A DNA stretch of 64,000 nucleotides from Hyphomicrobiales bacterium. Lineage in GTDB: Bacteria; Pseudomonadota; Alphaproteobacteria; Rhizobiales; Rhizobiaceae. The notes beneath the pieces are model-generated. The model ran no database searches and was not told the DNA's origin. It saw only the letters and a list, made by a program, of their open reading frames with translations. The position numbers and the translations under genes are program-made. This document shows, one piece after another, positions 48,933 through 58,906 of this stretch (position 1 is the stretch's first letter; each line of letters begins with the position of its first letter). The DNA lies in the NCBI GenBank assembly GCA_003963455.1, contig RXJA01000188.1, positions 17,854-81,853 on the forward strand, given 5' to 3'.

Positions 48933-49376
48933 ATGGCGGGACTGCTTATCGCTTGGGTAATTGGGACGTTTCTCTATTTCAAGATCGTAATCGACTGGGC
49001 GTTTGATGCAGACATCATGATCAGCGCGGCCATCTTGATAGCGATTCTGGAAGGAACGTCGGCGATCTTCGTGGTCGGTCTCCATGCCGTTCAATTGCTG
49101 AACTATGATTGGGCAACAGGATCTATTTCCACTGGTTTTAGGACTACTGTCCGAAAAACAGCTCTGATCCTTTTTGCCACGATGCTCTTTAATATCATTT
49201 GCGCACGCTTGATAATTTTTGGGTTTTCCAGCGAATTGAACGGAGAAATCCGGAACTTCTGTCAGACCGGCTGCCTTGTGCACGGAACCATTCTGAAATT
49301 CAGCGTGATCATAATAATCCCACTGCTGTTCCACTATGCAGCTGCGGTCGCCGGAACATACAGGACAGCCAAATAG
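48933..49376 (+). CDS. Hypothetical integral membrane protein (about 4 hydrophobic segments)
   Basis: 147-aa ORF with GAGG RBS, four hydrophobic stretches, AT-richer DNA; no family motif recognised. Confidence 0.6.
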   Translation: MAGLLIAWVIGTFLYFKIVIDWAFDADIMISAAILIAILEGTSAIFVVGLHAVQLLNYDWATGSISTGFRTTVRKTALILFATMLFNIICARLIIFGFSSELNGEIRNFCQTGCLVHGTILKFSVIIIIPLLFHYAAAVAGTYRTAK

Positions 49377-49834
49377 GGCACCGCTGATTTCAGGACCTGC
49401 CCGCCGTTTCCAACCAACAAACGAGGACGTGAGTGGGGCACTCACGAAAGAGCCCTTGGCTGGCGCCAAAAACTTCCGAAGCGGTCCAGTTGATCCAGGG
49501 ACAGAGCGGTGGCCGGGATATAACAGGCGGAATAGTGCTGAATACGCAAACCGCTTAGCATCCACGGTGACGCCGGTCCCCGCCCAAGGGCTCAGCAGCG
49601 CCGCCGCCACCTAACACAGCAATGGAGCGCCGCAATCGCAACGGCTACCGAAAGGGGCCGAGATCGCCCTTCGCGGGCTATTCGGTCCATCTGGTGTAAT
49701 GTTTCCGCTGCAGCCACATTACCCGAGCACGTCGCGACCGCTCAGTCGGCAACGACGGGAGCCATCCACAATGTGACGCCTGCTGGATTTGCCACCGGTC
49801 CCGCGTTGCCGCTCAGCCAAAGCAAAATCAAACA

Positions 49835-50554
49835 TCACGCTCTATTTTGTAAAATGCGCTCTTTGCAAAACGCTATATCGTCCTCCGTAAGGTATTGGCG
49901 ATATCCGCCTACAACGCCCTTGCGCACCTTGAAGCTGTCAGGGTCATCGGCATTCGCTGGGCGCAGCCTGTGCTGATAGCTTTCCTCATAGCCACCAGTT
50001 GCCTCCTGAGCCCTCATTGTATCAAATCGTCCTGCAGCTACAGCCTTCTCGAGTCGCTCATTGCTGACTGAAACGCCAAACCAGTTAGCGATCTTGTGAA
50101 GTTCAGAAACAGGATCAGAGTGCAGGGACTCATAAGTTGTGACAAGAACAGCTTCATTGTTCGATGCCACATCCAACCACATAGAATTGAACCGAAGCGT
50201 TCGCACAATTCCCAGTCTGTCATCGCGAACGAATTCCGACACGCTACCATCGAACAGATTTCGCCAAGCTTCCCGCTTGGTAACCTGAAAATACCCAGAT
50301 ATTGTCGTATCAATTGGATCCCTATGGAGAAAAAGTATCTTCCTTTTTCCAAGGAAATTTCCCGGCGATTTAAAATCGCGATTATGAAAGGCGGACCCAC
50401 CATGACTAAACCGCAACGGAACCCCCAATTCGTCCAGCATGACTCGTAACCAAGTTCGCCCTGACTTTGGATAGGAGATACACAGACCAACCTCTGTTTC
50501 AATCTTCCTTGTTTTAAATAATGAAATCGGCCAAATATTCACTACAGTCCCCAC
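49835..50554 (-). CDS. PAPS-dependent sulfotransferase (Sulfotransfer_1-like)
   Basis: SYPKSGRTW (5'-PSB), HRDPIDTTIS (3'-PB), YESL, KVRKGVVGGY. Confidence 0.85.
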   Translation of the reverse strand: MGTVVNIWPISLFKTRKIETEVGLCISYPKSGRTWLRVMLDELGVPLRFSHGGSAFHNRDFKSPGNFLGKRKILFLHRDPIDTTISGYFQVTKREAWRNLFDGSVSEFVRDDRLGIVRTLRFNSMWLDVASNNEAVLVTTYESLHSDPVSELHKIANWFGVSVSNERLEKAVAAGRFDTMRAQEATGGYEESYQHRLRPANADDPDSFKVRKGVVGGYRQYLTEDDIAFCKERILQNRA

Positions 50555-50889
50555 GACTTCTGTATTTCCTAACGTCGATAGCTTCTGTGCTTCGGCGCTG
50601 GAACCCGGATTGTACCTACAAACGGACTAGCAGCACCGGAGATAAAGCGGCGAAACGTCGTTTCAATTGGCACCATTTTTTCTTGCTCCATGCAAGGGTT
50701 ATCCGATCAAGCATGGTGGCTATCAAGGCGGCCGATGGGAGATTCCACCAGCACGGAGCGCGCCCCACGGCCCATTGACTGTGCGGGGGAAGAACGCCAC
50801 AGACAGAATGGGATTCAGATCTCGTGCCATTCCATCGCACGAAGATAGAGCGGATCGCCAGAGAGCGTCGAGGCGGCAAGGGCAGCACC

Positions 50890-52680
50890 ATGAGTGCGAA
50901 GAAACGAATTTCAGCCGCGCTGGCGTATCCGCTGGCGAAGCGACTGACCGTGGAGAATCTGCCGCCCCACAAGATGCTGTATTTGACGGGATTGCTCTGC
51001 TCAATCGCGGCCGCAGCCGCGACCGGCGCATCGGCCTGGATCATGAAAGTCATGATCAACACCATCTATGTCGACCGAAATGCCGCCGCCGTCTGGGGTA
51101 TCAGCGCCGTTATCATCGGCATTTCGCTCATCAAGGGCATCGCCGCCTACAGCCAGACGATCACAACGGGAAAGATCCGTCGCGCCATCGTCTCCGATCT
51201 GCAGAACCGCCAATTTTCCCGGGTGGTGCGTTTCGACATCAGCCGCTTCGCCAACGAGCATCCGGCGAAGTTCGTTTCAAAGATCATGTTCAACGCGCGC
51301 GCCGGCGCTTCCGTCATTCTCACCCTGACGAGCAACACCGTCTCCGACGTGCTGACGCTGATCAGCCTGACAAGTGTCATGATCAACCAGGACCCGATGA
51401 TGTCGCTGATATCCGTGGCGATTCTGCCGGTCCTGTTTCTCTCTGTGGGCGCCATAACGCGCAAGATCAAGGCGCTGGCGAAGGGAGAAACGGAGCTGGC
51501 TGCGGTGGTTCAGTCGATCGGCACCGAAGCCATCGAAGGCATCCGCACGATCAAGTCGTTCCAGCTCGAGGACAAGGCGGTCGCCAGCTTCGCCAAGGCC
51601 GTCCGCAAGATGGAGAAACGCGGCATACAGATCAACCGGACATCGGCGATGATGAGCCCGCTAATGGAGACCGGCGGCGGTCTGATCATCGGTCTCTTCA
51701 TCATCTATGCAAGCTGGCAAAGCCTCGGCAACGGCAAGACGCCCGGCGAGTTTATGGCCTTCATTACCGCTTTCCTGTTCGCCTATGAGCCGGCCAAACG
51801 CTTGGCGCGCGTCAATGTGGACATTCAGAAGCAACTGGTCGCGGTCGAGCAGATGTACCAACTGATCGACATGCCGGTGCAGCAAACGCACGGAACCGTC
51901 GGCGAACGGCTGAGCGCCGTCCAGGGCGCGATTCGCTTCGAGAGCGTCTCCTTTTCCTATGACGGTGCCAGCCCGGCGCTGCACAACGTTTCCTTCGATG
52001 TGAGGCCGCACGAGAAGCTTGCGGTGGTGGGACGTTCCGGCGCCGGCAAGACGACGATCGTCAATCTCCTTCTTCGCCTGGTCGAGCCCGGCAAGGGCAA
52101 GATCTTCATCGACGGCAAGGACAGCGCCGCGATCAGCCTGACCGATATCCGGGACAACATCGCGCTGGTGTCGCAAGATGTGTTCCTGTTCGAAGGCACG
52201 ATCCGCGACAACATACGCGACGGGCGCCCGGGCGCCACGGACGCGCAAATAGACTCCGCGGCCGAGCTCGCCCAGGTCAGCAGCTTCGCGTCCAGTCTCG
52301 AAAACGGGCTCGACACCCTTGTCGGGCCGGGCGGCACCAATCTGTCGGGCGGGCAGAAGCAGCGCGTCGCGATCGCGCGTGCGCTACTCAAGAATGCACC
52401 GATCGTCATCTATGACGAAGCGACGTCCGCGCTTGACGGCGAGAACGAGCGAGCCGTTATGGATGCGGCGTTCGACGCGGCCTTCCAGCGCACGGTGATC
52501 TGCATCGCGCATCGGCTTTCGACGATCAAGGCGGCCGACCGCGTCCTGGTCTTCGACGCCGGCCTGCTCGTCGATTCAGGAACTCATGAGGAACTAGCCG
52601 AACGCTGCGAAATCTACCGCTCGATTTTCCATCTCTCGACGCCGGCGGTGGTCGAAAGCGGCAGGAAACTTCGCGCATGA
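50890..52680 (+). CDS. MsbA-like ABC exporter (fused membrane and ATPase domains)
   Basis: N-terminal TM domain, YEPAKRLA, GRSGAGKT, LSGGQKQR, DEATSALD, IAHRLST; start MSAKK (50890). Confidence 0.9.
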   Translation: MSAKKRISAALAYPLAKRLTVENLPPHKMLYLTGLLCSIAAAAATGASAWIMKVMINTIYVDRNAAAVWGISAVIIGISLIKGIAAYSQTITTGKIRRAIVSDLQNRQFSRVVRFDISRFANEHPAKFVSKIMFNARAGASVILTLTSNTVSDVLTLISLTSVMINQDPMMSLISVAILPVLFLSVGAITRKIKALAKGETELAAVVQSIGTEAIEGIRTIKSFQLEDKAVASFAKAVRKMEKRGIQINRTSAMMSPLMETGGGLIIGLFIIYASWQSLGNGKTPGEFMAFITAFLFAYEPAKRLARVNVDIQKQLVAVEQMYQLIDMPVQQTHGTVGERLSAVQGAIRFESVSFSYDGASPALHNVSFDVRPHEKLAVVGRSGAGKTTIVNLLLRLVEPGKGKIFIDGKDSAAISLTDIRDNIALVSQDVFLFEGTIRDNIRDGRPGATDAQIDSAAELAQVSSFASSLENGLDTLVGPGGTNLSGGQKQRVAIARALLKNAPIVIYDEATSALDGENERAVMDAAFDAAFQRTVICIAHRLSTIKAADRVLVFDAGLLVDSGTHEELAERCEIYRSIFHLSTPAVVESGRKLRA

Positions 52681-52750
52681 CCCCGAAGGTCGGATTCGAT
52701 TTTTGCCGCGCGGACCGCCGCGCCGGATGCAAGATGTCTCGCCAAGGCAC

Positions 52751-53938
52751 ATGACCAGCTTTTACCACGGATCCTATGTTCGTTACGCGATCGGCGGCCT
52801 GGGCCTGCGCCTGGGACGGGCCACCAAGGCTCTGCGAAGGCTGCTCGGAGCCAACGGTCAGGTGGCCGCTCCGGCTCTGGCGCAGCAGACCAGGATCGAC
52901 GCGCTGATCGCGCGCCGGGACTGGAGCGGTCTGGCGGCCAGCGTCGATGAGATGGCCATACTGGCCGAGGATACCGCATCCCCCCAACTGATGCAGAAAG
53001 CGGGCCAAGCCTACGAGCGCCTCGGCAACTTCGCCCGCGCGGCCGAATTGCGCCTTGCGGCGCGCCACCAGCGTAAGGGCGAAAGCGCGCGAGACTGGAC
53101 CGGCGAGGACGTCGGGGCCGATACGCTGCTCATCGATCTGGTCGAGGATGACCCGCGCAGCCTTGGCCGCGTCATCCGACACGCAAGGCTTGCCGGCGCG
53201 GCCGCCGAGCGCGCCGAAAACGCGACGATAAGAGTCGAGCCGCGCATCGTTCCGCTTCTGCAACGCACTTTCCCGAAGGCCACGGTCGTTCCCGCCGGGC
53301 AGCCGGCAACCGGCCGGAAATTTGCGACGTTCGAGCATCTCGCCTGGGTGTTCGGCCGTGACGCCGGAGAGCTTGCCGCCAGCTTTGCGCCGCTGCGGGC
53401 GGACCCCGGCCTCGTCGAGGCGTTCCGTAAAAATTATCGCGCGATGACTGATCTGCCGCTGGTCGGCCTGTCATGGGGAAGCAAGTCGCACACCAAGGAC
53501 GTGCCGGACTTTCCCGAATGGGCAAGATTCATTGCGCAAACGCCAGCTACCTTCGTCTCCCTCCAATATGGTCCGATCAAGCCCGCGCTGCGGCGGCTGC
53601 GCAAAGGCAAGGACGCGCGCCTTATCCACGACGAAAGCGTCGACCAGATGGTCGACATGGACCGTTTTGCCGCACAGATCGCGGCGCTCGATGCCGTGGT
53701 GACGATCAGCAACACCGCGGCCCATCTGGCCGGGGCGCTCGGCGTGCCGGCCGTCTTCCTGATCGACGACAAGTTTCAGACGGCCTGGCCGGTGATCGGC
53801 GATCGGACCCCCTGGTACCCAAGCGGCGTTGTTCTCCATAAGGACGGCCGCGAATGGCCGGTGGTGCTCGACGAAGCCGGCCGTCGCCTTGCACCAATGC
53901 TGGCCAGGCATTCCGACGCCGGAGGCGGCAGGAAATGA
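52751..53938 (+). CDS. Helical-repeat + GT-B (GT9/FlmG-like) putative glycosyltransferase, paralog 1
   Basis: WTGEDVGADTLL, EPRIVPLLQRTFP, VGLSWGS, FVSLQYG, DAVVTISNTAAHLAGALGVP, PWYPS; start uncertain (52703-52751). Confidence 0.7.
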   Translation: MTSFYHGSYVRYAIGGLGLRLGRATKALRRLLGANGQVAAPALAQQTRIDALIARRDWSGLAASVDEMAILAEDTASPQLMQKAGQAYERLGNFARAAELRLAARHQRKGESARDWTGEDVGADTLLIDLVEDDPRSLGRVIRHARLAGAAAERAENATIRVEPRIVPLLQRTFPKATVVPAGQPATGRKFATFEHLAWVFGRDAGELAASFAPLRADPGLVEAFRKNYRAMTDLPLVGLSWGSKSHTKDVPDFPEWARFIAQTPATFVSLQYGPIKPALRRLRKGKDARLIHDESVDQMVDMDRFAAQIAALDAVVTISNTAAHLAGALGVPAVFLIDDKFQTAWPVIGDRTPWYPSGVVLHKDGREWPVVLDEAGRRLAPMLARHSDAGGGRK

Positions 53939-55116
53939 CGCGGTCGATCCTTGAAAAGGCCAAGGCGGCGGACCTTCGACCGCAAAGCAGCGCCGGCAAG
54001 CGTCTGCGGGCGATCGTCGACCAGGCGAAAAGTCTTTTCGAGCGACCTTCACGGCATGCCGATGCGAAAGTCCGGCGACACACGCGGCTGATGGAAGAGA
54101 GCATCGAGCGCAGGGATTGGCCGGTCGCCAGGGACCATGCGCTGGCCCTGGGTGAACTCGGCGAGCGCCTCGGCGACGCCGGCCTCCTCAAGAAGGCGGG
54201 GCGGGCCTTGAGACGCCTTCACGGCGGCAACCGCACCTGGCAGTTGATAGCAATGAGCAAGCGCGTGCCGGGCAGACCTGAATGGGACGGCAGCGACCTT
54301 GCCGGCCGAACACTGCTGATCGATCGCCGCGCGGGCGATCTGGCGATCTTCTTCCAGTTCGCGTCGCTGATCGGTCCGGCGGTAGCGGCCGCCGATCGAT
54401 GCATCGTCTTCGTCGAGCCCAGGCTTGCGCCGCTCTATCGCCGGACCTATCCAGCGCTCGATGTCAGGATCGAGGGAGAAGAGGATCTGGGTGCAGTGAA
54501 GGCTGATGTCTTCTCAGGCTTCGAGACTCTTGCGACCCATTTCTGGCCGGACGACCAGGCCGCACGCGCCCCTTTTGTCCCGCTGCGGCCCGATCGTGAG
54601 CTGGTTGCTGAACTGCGCGGCAAGTACCTGGATCGCGGGCCAGGTCCTTTGATCGGCTTTGCCTGGGGAAGCCTGAACAAGAGCAAGGATCTGCCTGCAC
54701 TGGAGGATTGGCGGACGCTGCTTGGCCAGTTGCCGGGGCAACTCGTCAGCCTGCAATATGGCGATGTCGCGCCGGCGCTCTCGGAATTCGAGCGGCACGC
54801 ACCGGGACGCATCGTTCACGACGCGTCCGTCGACCAGCTCTCTGACATGGACCGTTTTGCAGCGCAGATCGCCGCGCTCGACATGGTTGTGACGATCAGC
54901 AACACCGGCGCCAATCTGGCCGGAGCGTTGGGCGTGCCGAGCATCATCATGCTCGACGATGGCTTCCGCTTGTCATGGCCTGCCTTCGGCGAGACCGTGG
55001 CCGCTTATCCGAGCGTGCGGCTGATTCGAAAAGGTGGCCGCGCCTGGACGTCGGCCCTGCAGGAGGCGGCCGATCTGGCCAAGCACGTCGTCGGGGTATC
55101 TCGAGATGGCCGATAG
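53935..55116 (+). CDS. Helical-repeat + GT-B (GT9/FlmG-like) putative glycosyltransferase, paralog 2
   Basis: WDGSDLAGRTLL, EPRLAPLYRRTYP, IGFAWGS, VSLQYG, DMVVTISNTGANLAGALGVP, YPSVRL; ATGA overlap at 53935. Confidence 0.7.
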   Translation: MTRSILEKAKAADLRPQSSAGKRLRAIVDQAKSLFERPSRHADAKVRRHTRLMEESIERRDWPVARDHALALGELGERLGDAGLLKKAGRALRRLHGGNRTWQLIAMSKRVPGRPEWDGSDLAGRTLLIDRRAGDLAIFFQFASLIGPAVAAADRCIVFVEPRLAPLYRRTYPALDVRIEGEEDLGAVKADVFSGFETLATHFWPDDQAARAPFVPLRPDRELVAELRGKYLDRGPGPLIGFAWGSLNKSKDLPALEDWRTLLGQLPGQLVSLQYGDVAPALSEFERHAPGRIVHDASVDQLSDMDRFAAQIAALDMVVTISNTGANLAGALGVPSIIMLDDGFRLSWPAFGETVAAYPSVRLIRKGGRAWTSALQEAADLAKHVVGVSRDGR

Positions 55117-56284
55117 CCAAATTCTGCGGGGGATTCGCCGCGTGGCCACACTGGCGGGCTACCGGTACAAGGTTTGGTTCAGGCGCCACCGCCGCCAGCT
55201 CTTCCTCCGCCTGCGCGACGGCGACCTGGCCGTCCAGATGGCAGATTACCGGCAGAGCGTGGAGGATCGCGACTGGCAGGCCGCGCTGCCCAAGGCCCTA
55301 GCCCTGGGATCAAGGGCCAAGGAGAAGGGAGAGGTACGCCTGCTCGATGAGCTTGGCCAGGGGCTAATGCGGATGGGCGCCTACGGCCCGGCGGCCGAGC
55401 TGAAGATCGCCCGGCGTCACGTCGTCCAGGGCCGTTCGGACGGCGAGTGGCTCGGACAGGACATTTCCGGAAAAGTACTGCTGGTGGATCTCATGGAGAC
55501 CGAGAAACAGGGACTGGCCACGGCGATCCACCATGCCAGTTCGGTCGGCCGCGCGCTCGCTAGCGCGGCACGGGTGATCGTGCTTGTCGAGCACCGGCTC
55601 GTTCCGCTTTTTCAACGGACATTTCCCGTGGCCGATGTCAGACCGGTTGGTCCCGGGAAGAAGCAGGCCTATGCCGAGGCGCAAGCCTTCGCCGGTGTCC
55701 AGCATCTGACCGCCTTGTTTGAAGCCGACGAAAGAGCGATCCGGGCGCACTTCACGCCGCTGAAGCCGGACCCGCAGAGGGTCGCTGAGTTCCGTGCCCG
55801 CTACCGCAAGGATGGTCGGCCCTTGGTCGGTGTCGCCTGGGGCAGCTCGAATCCCGGCAAGGATTTGCCGCCGCTCACCGCCTGGCGCGGCTTGATCGGC
55901 CAACCCGACCTCAACTTCGTCTCGCTGCAATACGGCCCGATCGAGAACGACCTGAAGGTGCTGACCGACGGTATGCCGGAGCGCATCCTTTATGACCGGA
56001 CAGTCGACCAACTGGTCGACATGGATCTCTTCGCGGCGCAAGTCGCGGCCATGGACGCCGTGGTGACCATCAGCAATACGGGCGCGCATCTCGCCGGCGC
56101 GCTCGGCATTCCATCGGTCTTCATCCTGGGCGACGGCTTCAAACGCTCCTGGCCGGTCGAAGGCGACCGCACGCCCTATTACCCCTCCGCGGTGCTTGTT
56201 TCCAAAAAGGAGCGGCCCTGGCCCGCGGTGATGGAAGAGGCCGAGCAAAACCTGGCGCGCAAACTCATCGCAGGTCCCGCATGA
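55106..56284 (+). CDS. Helical-repeat + GT-B (GT9/FlmG-like) putative glycosyltransferase, paralog 3
   Basis: WLGQDISGKVLL, EHRLVPLFQRTFP, VGVAWGS, FVSLQYG, DAVVTISNTGAHLAGALGIP, PYYPS; overlaps the paralog 2 stop. Confidence 0.7.
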   Translation: MADSQILRGIRRVATLAGYRYKVWFRRHRRQLFLRLRDGDLAVQMADYRQSVEDRDWQAALPKALALGSRAKEKGEVRLLDELGQGLMRMGAYGPAAELKIARRHVVQGRSDGEWLGQDISGKVLLVDLMETEKQGLATAIHHASSVGRALASAARVIVLVEHRLVPLFQRTFPVADVRPVGPGKKQAYAEAQAFAGVQHLTALFEADERAIRAHFTPLKPDPQRVAEFRARYRKDGRPLVGVAWGSSNPGKDLPPLTAWRGLIGQPDLNFVSLQYGPIENDLKVLTDGMPERILYDRTVDQLVDMDLFAAQVAAMDAVVTISNTGAHLAGALGIPSVFILGDGFKRSWPVEGDRTPYYPSAVLVSKKERPWPAVMEEAEQNLARKLIAGPA

Positions 56285-56411
56285 AACGTCGCGGCGCGAT
56301 TCGGCGGCAGCCGTTGAGGGACCCGGTGGTTTGCTATACTGAACCGGCCCTTGCCAGCCGAAAGCCGGCGACAGTCTTCGAAGCGATAGTCTTCTCTTGG
56401 GGAGCCAACTG

Positions 56412-58196
56412 ATGTGCGGTCTGTTCGGTGTCTATCGACCTGAAGGTTTTTCGCCCGATGACATCGATCGCGCCAACCGGGCGCGCGATACACTCTTCCA
56501 CCGGGGCCCTAACCATGGCGGCGCGCGGATCACCGGCGATCTCTATCACGGGTTCCGCCGCCTCAGCATCATCGATCTTTCGGCCGCCGGCAATCAGCCC
56601 ATGGAGAGCACCGACGGCAAGGTCGCCATCACCGTCAATGGAGAGATTTACAATTACCTTGAGCTACGCGCCGAATTGATGGCCAGGGGCTGCGTGTTCA
56701 GATCCCAATCCGATTCCGAAGTCGTGTTGCACGGCTTCCAGCTTTGGGGCCTCGAGGAGCTGTGCGAGAGGATGGACGGCATGTACGCGGCCGTGATCCA
56801 CGACCAGGTTGCCGGCAAGATCCATGCAATTCGGGATCGGCCAGGGATGAAACCGCTCTTCTATTTTCACTCCGGACGGCGCTTTGCCTGGGCGTCGGAA
56901 CTGAAGGCGCTTGTGACCTGGCTGGGCGATGACCTGCCCGCCGTCGATGAAACGTCGGTGCTTGACTATCTGGCGCTGCGCTACATTCCAGCGCCCAAAA
57001 CGCTGTACCGGAATGTCTTCAAGCTCCCGGCCGCGAACAGGCTTACATTCGATTGCGCCAGTGGATCGCTTAGCGTCGGACGGTATTGGAACCTGCCCGC
57101 CGAAATCCGTCAGGCAAGCGACGAGCAGTTGGCCGAGGGACTGCGCGAGCGCATGCAGGGCAGCGTCCAGGCTCATATGGTCAGCGACGTGCCTGTCGGA
57201 TATTTCCTGAGCGGAGGTGTCGACTCCGCGGTTGTCCTCTCGCATGCTGCGAAACTGAACAGGGACGCGAAGGCTTTTTCGATCGGCTTCGAAGACCCCC
57301 GATTTGATGAAAGCCGAGATGCCTCGACCATGGCTGCGCATCTGGGTGTCGAACACAAGATTCGAATACTTGAGCCGGACGAAACCGACGACATCTTCGA
57401 GAGGACCCGGCAATGGTATGACGAGCCCCTGTCGGACAAGGCCGCCGTTCCAGCCTTTCGCGTCAGCGAGTTCGCAAGCGAACATGTCACCGTCGTCCTG
57501 ACCGGCGACGGTGGCGATGAGTTGTTCGGCGGCTACCGGTGGTATGAAAGGTTCAATGAAATTCGCAGGAAGCAGAGGGTGATACGTCTTGGTTCGAAGG
57601 CCGGTTGGCCTTTCCGCAACCGTGACATGCGCCTTTTGAGCACTCGTGATCCGATCGAGCTCTATCCGGTGTTGAGATCGGGCCTTACCCGCGCGCAACG
57701 AAACGCGTATCGCCAGCGGCTCGGAATCCATTCCGACTATGATGAATTGGCACATTTGCGGGAATGGTGGAAACCTGAACTCGGCAGCTTCAAAAGTCTC
57801 CAATACCTCGACTTCCACACCAACATGCCGAACAACATCCTCACCAAGGTGGATAGATTGTCCATGTCGGTTTCTCTCGAGGCGAGGATACCGTTTCTCA
57901 GCAGGTCTATCGTCGAATATGCGTTCTCCCTGCCGGAATCATTTGTCTACAGGGGCGGCAAGCGCAAAGGCGGGCTGAAGTACGCCTATCGCGGCATACT
58001 GCCAGCGGAGACATTGAATCGTAGGAAACAGGGCTTCGGCATTCCGCGCACATGGAAGAAGGCAGCGGTCGAATCGCAATCCGAGGGAAGTTACATCGAG
58101 GCCGTCCTGGCGTCCTTTACAAAAGACAAAGCGCCCAAAGGAGCCGATCAGGATGCAGGCGCGAGGATATCACTTGGCGGATCCGGCGAGATGTAG
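56412..58196 (+). CDS. asnB: Asparagine synthase (glutamine-hydrolysing)-type amidotransferase
   Basis: N-terminal MCG, HRGP, RLSIID, NGEIYNY, SDSEV, LSGGVDS, TGDGGDELFGGY, LEARIPFL. Confidence 0.88.
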   Translation: MCGLFGVYRPEGFSPDDIDRANRARDTLFHRGPNHGGARITGDLYHGFRRLSIIDLSAAGNQPMESTDGKVAITVNGEIYNYLELRAELMARGCVFRSQSDSEVVLHGFQLWGLEELCERMDGMYAAVIHDQVAGKIHAIRDRPGMKPLFYFHSGRRFAWASELKALVTWLGDDLPAVDETSVLDYLALRYIPAPKTLYRNVFKLPAANRLTFDCASGSLSVGRYWNLPAEIRQASDEQLAEGLRERMQGSVQAHMVSDVPVGYFLSGGVDSAVVLSHAAKLNRDAKAFSIGFEDPRFDESRDASTMAAHLGVEHKIRILEPDETDDIFERTRQWYDEPLSDKAAVPAFRVSEFASEHVTVVLTGDGGDELFGGYRWYERFNEIRRKQRVIRLGSKAGWPFRNRDMRLLSTRDPIELYPVLRSGLTRAQRNAYRQRLGIHSDYDELAHLREWWKPELGSFKSLQYLDFHTNMPNNILTKVDRLSMSVSLEARIPFLSRSIVEYAFSLPESFVYRGGKRKGGLKYAYRGILPAETLNRRKQGFGIPRTWKKAAVESQSEGSYIEAVLASFTKDKAPKGADQDAGARISLGGSGEM

Positions 58197-58198
58197 GC

Positions 58199-58894
58199 AT
58201 GATACGATCATATGGGTTCATATGCGGGTGCGGACACAGTGCGACCACGCTGACGGCTACTATATTGGCGTCGCACCCGGACGTTTATCTACCCCTTGAA
58301 GAGACGAATATTTTCTTCAAATGGGCGCCACTGGCGCTCTTCCGCTATGGAAAACTGAAGCGGGCCACGCGGGCGCAGCACAAATCCGTCCTTGTCGAGA
58401 AGACTCCACGCCACGTCAGGCGTGTCGCGCGTATAAGGCGGCTGGTACCGAAGGCGAAATTCGTCATGCCGGTGCGCGACGGACGCGATGTCGTGGCTTC
58501 GCTGACGAAGCGTCTCGGCGATCCAGCAGCCAGCCTGGACCGTTGGATTTCCGACAATGATCTGGTGCTCGCCGAACAGGGCAAGCCCGATGTTCTGATC
58601 TATCGTTATGAAGACCTTGTCGATGATCCTGCTGGAACCATAGAGAATATCTGCGCCTTCCTTCAGCTTTCCTTTGATCCGGTCATGCTCGAGTTTCACC
58701 GCAAGCCGCAAAAATGGTTCAACCCACAGGCGGCGGAAAGCCAGCCGGAACATGTGATGCTACGCAACAGACAGGTGAACCAACCGATATACGACGGACG
58801 GGGCCGCTGGCGCAAAGAGCTCGGCAAGTCGGAACTGGTCGAACTGGTCGAGGGCCGGGGCAAGCACCTAATGCAGGCTTTCGGTTATATCTGA
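58199..58894 (+). CDS. Sulfotransferase (Sulfotransfer_3-like)
   Basis: GCGHSATT (PSB-like), LASHP, EKTP, VRDGRDVVAS, RYEDLV, QPIY...GRW. Confidence 0.78.
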   Translation: MIRSYGFICGCGHSATTLTATILASHPDVYLPLEETNIFFKWAPLALFRYGKLKRATRAQHKSVLVEKTPRHVRRVARIRRLVPKAKFVMPVRDGRDVVASLTKRLGDPAASLDRWISDNDLVLAEQGKPDVLIYRYEDLVDDPAGTIENICAFLQLSFDPVMLEFHRKPQKWFNPQAAESQPEHVMLRNRQVNQPIYDGRGRWRKELGKSELVELVEGRGKHLMQAFGYI

Positions 58895-58906
58895 CGAAAG
58901 CTGGTT

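Noticed and set aside
50668-50686. TGGCAC...TTGC sigma-54 promoter upstream of the exporter
   Set aside because: Spacer is 9 nt rather than the strict 5 nt
50890-58894. Lasso peptide cluster (AsnB-like cyclase + ABC exporter + sulfotransferase)
   Set aside because: AsnB keeps its N-terminal Cys glutaminase domain, and no B1/B2 (PqqD, transglutaminase-like) protein or precursor peptide was found
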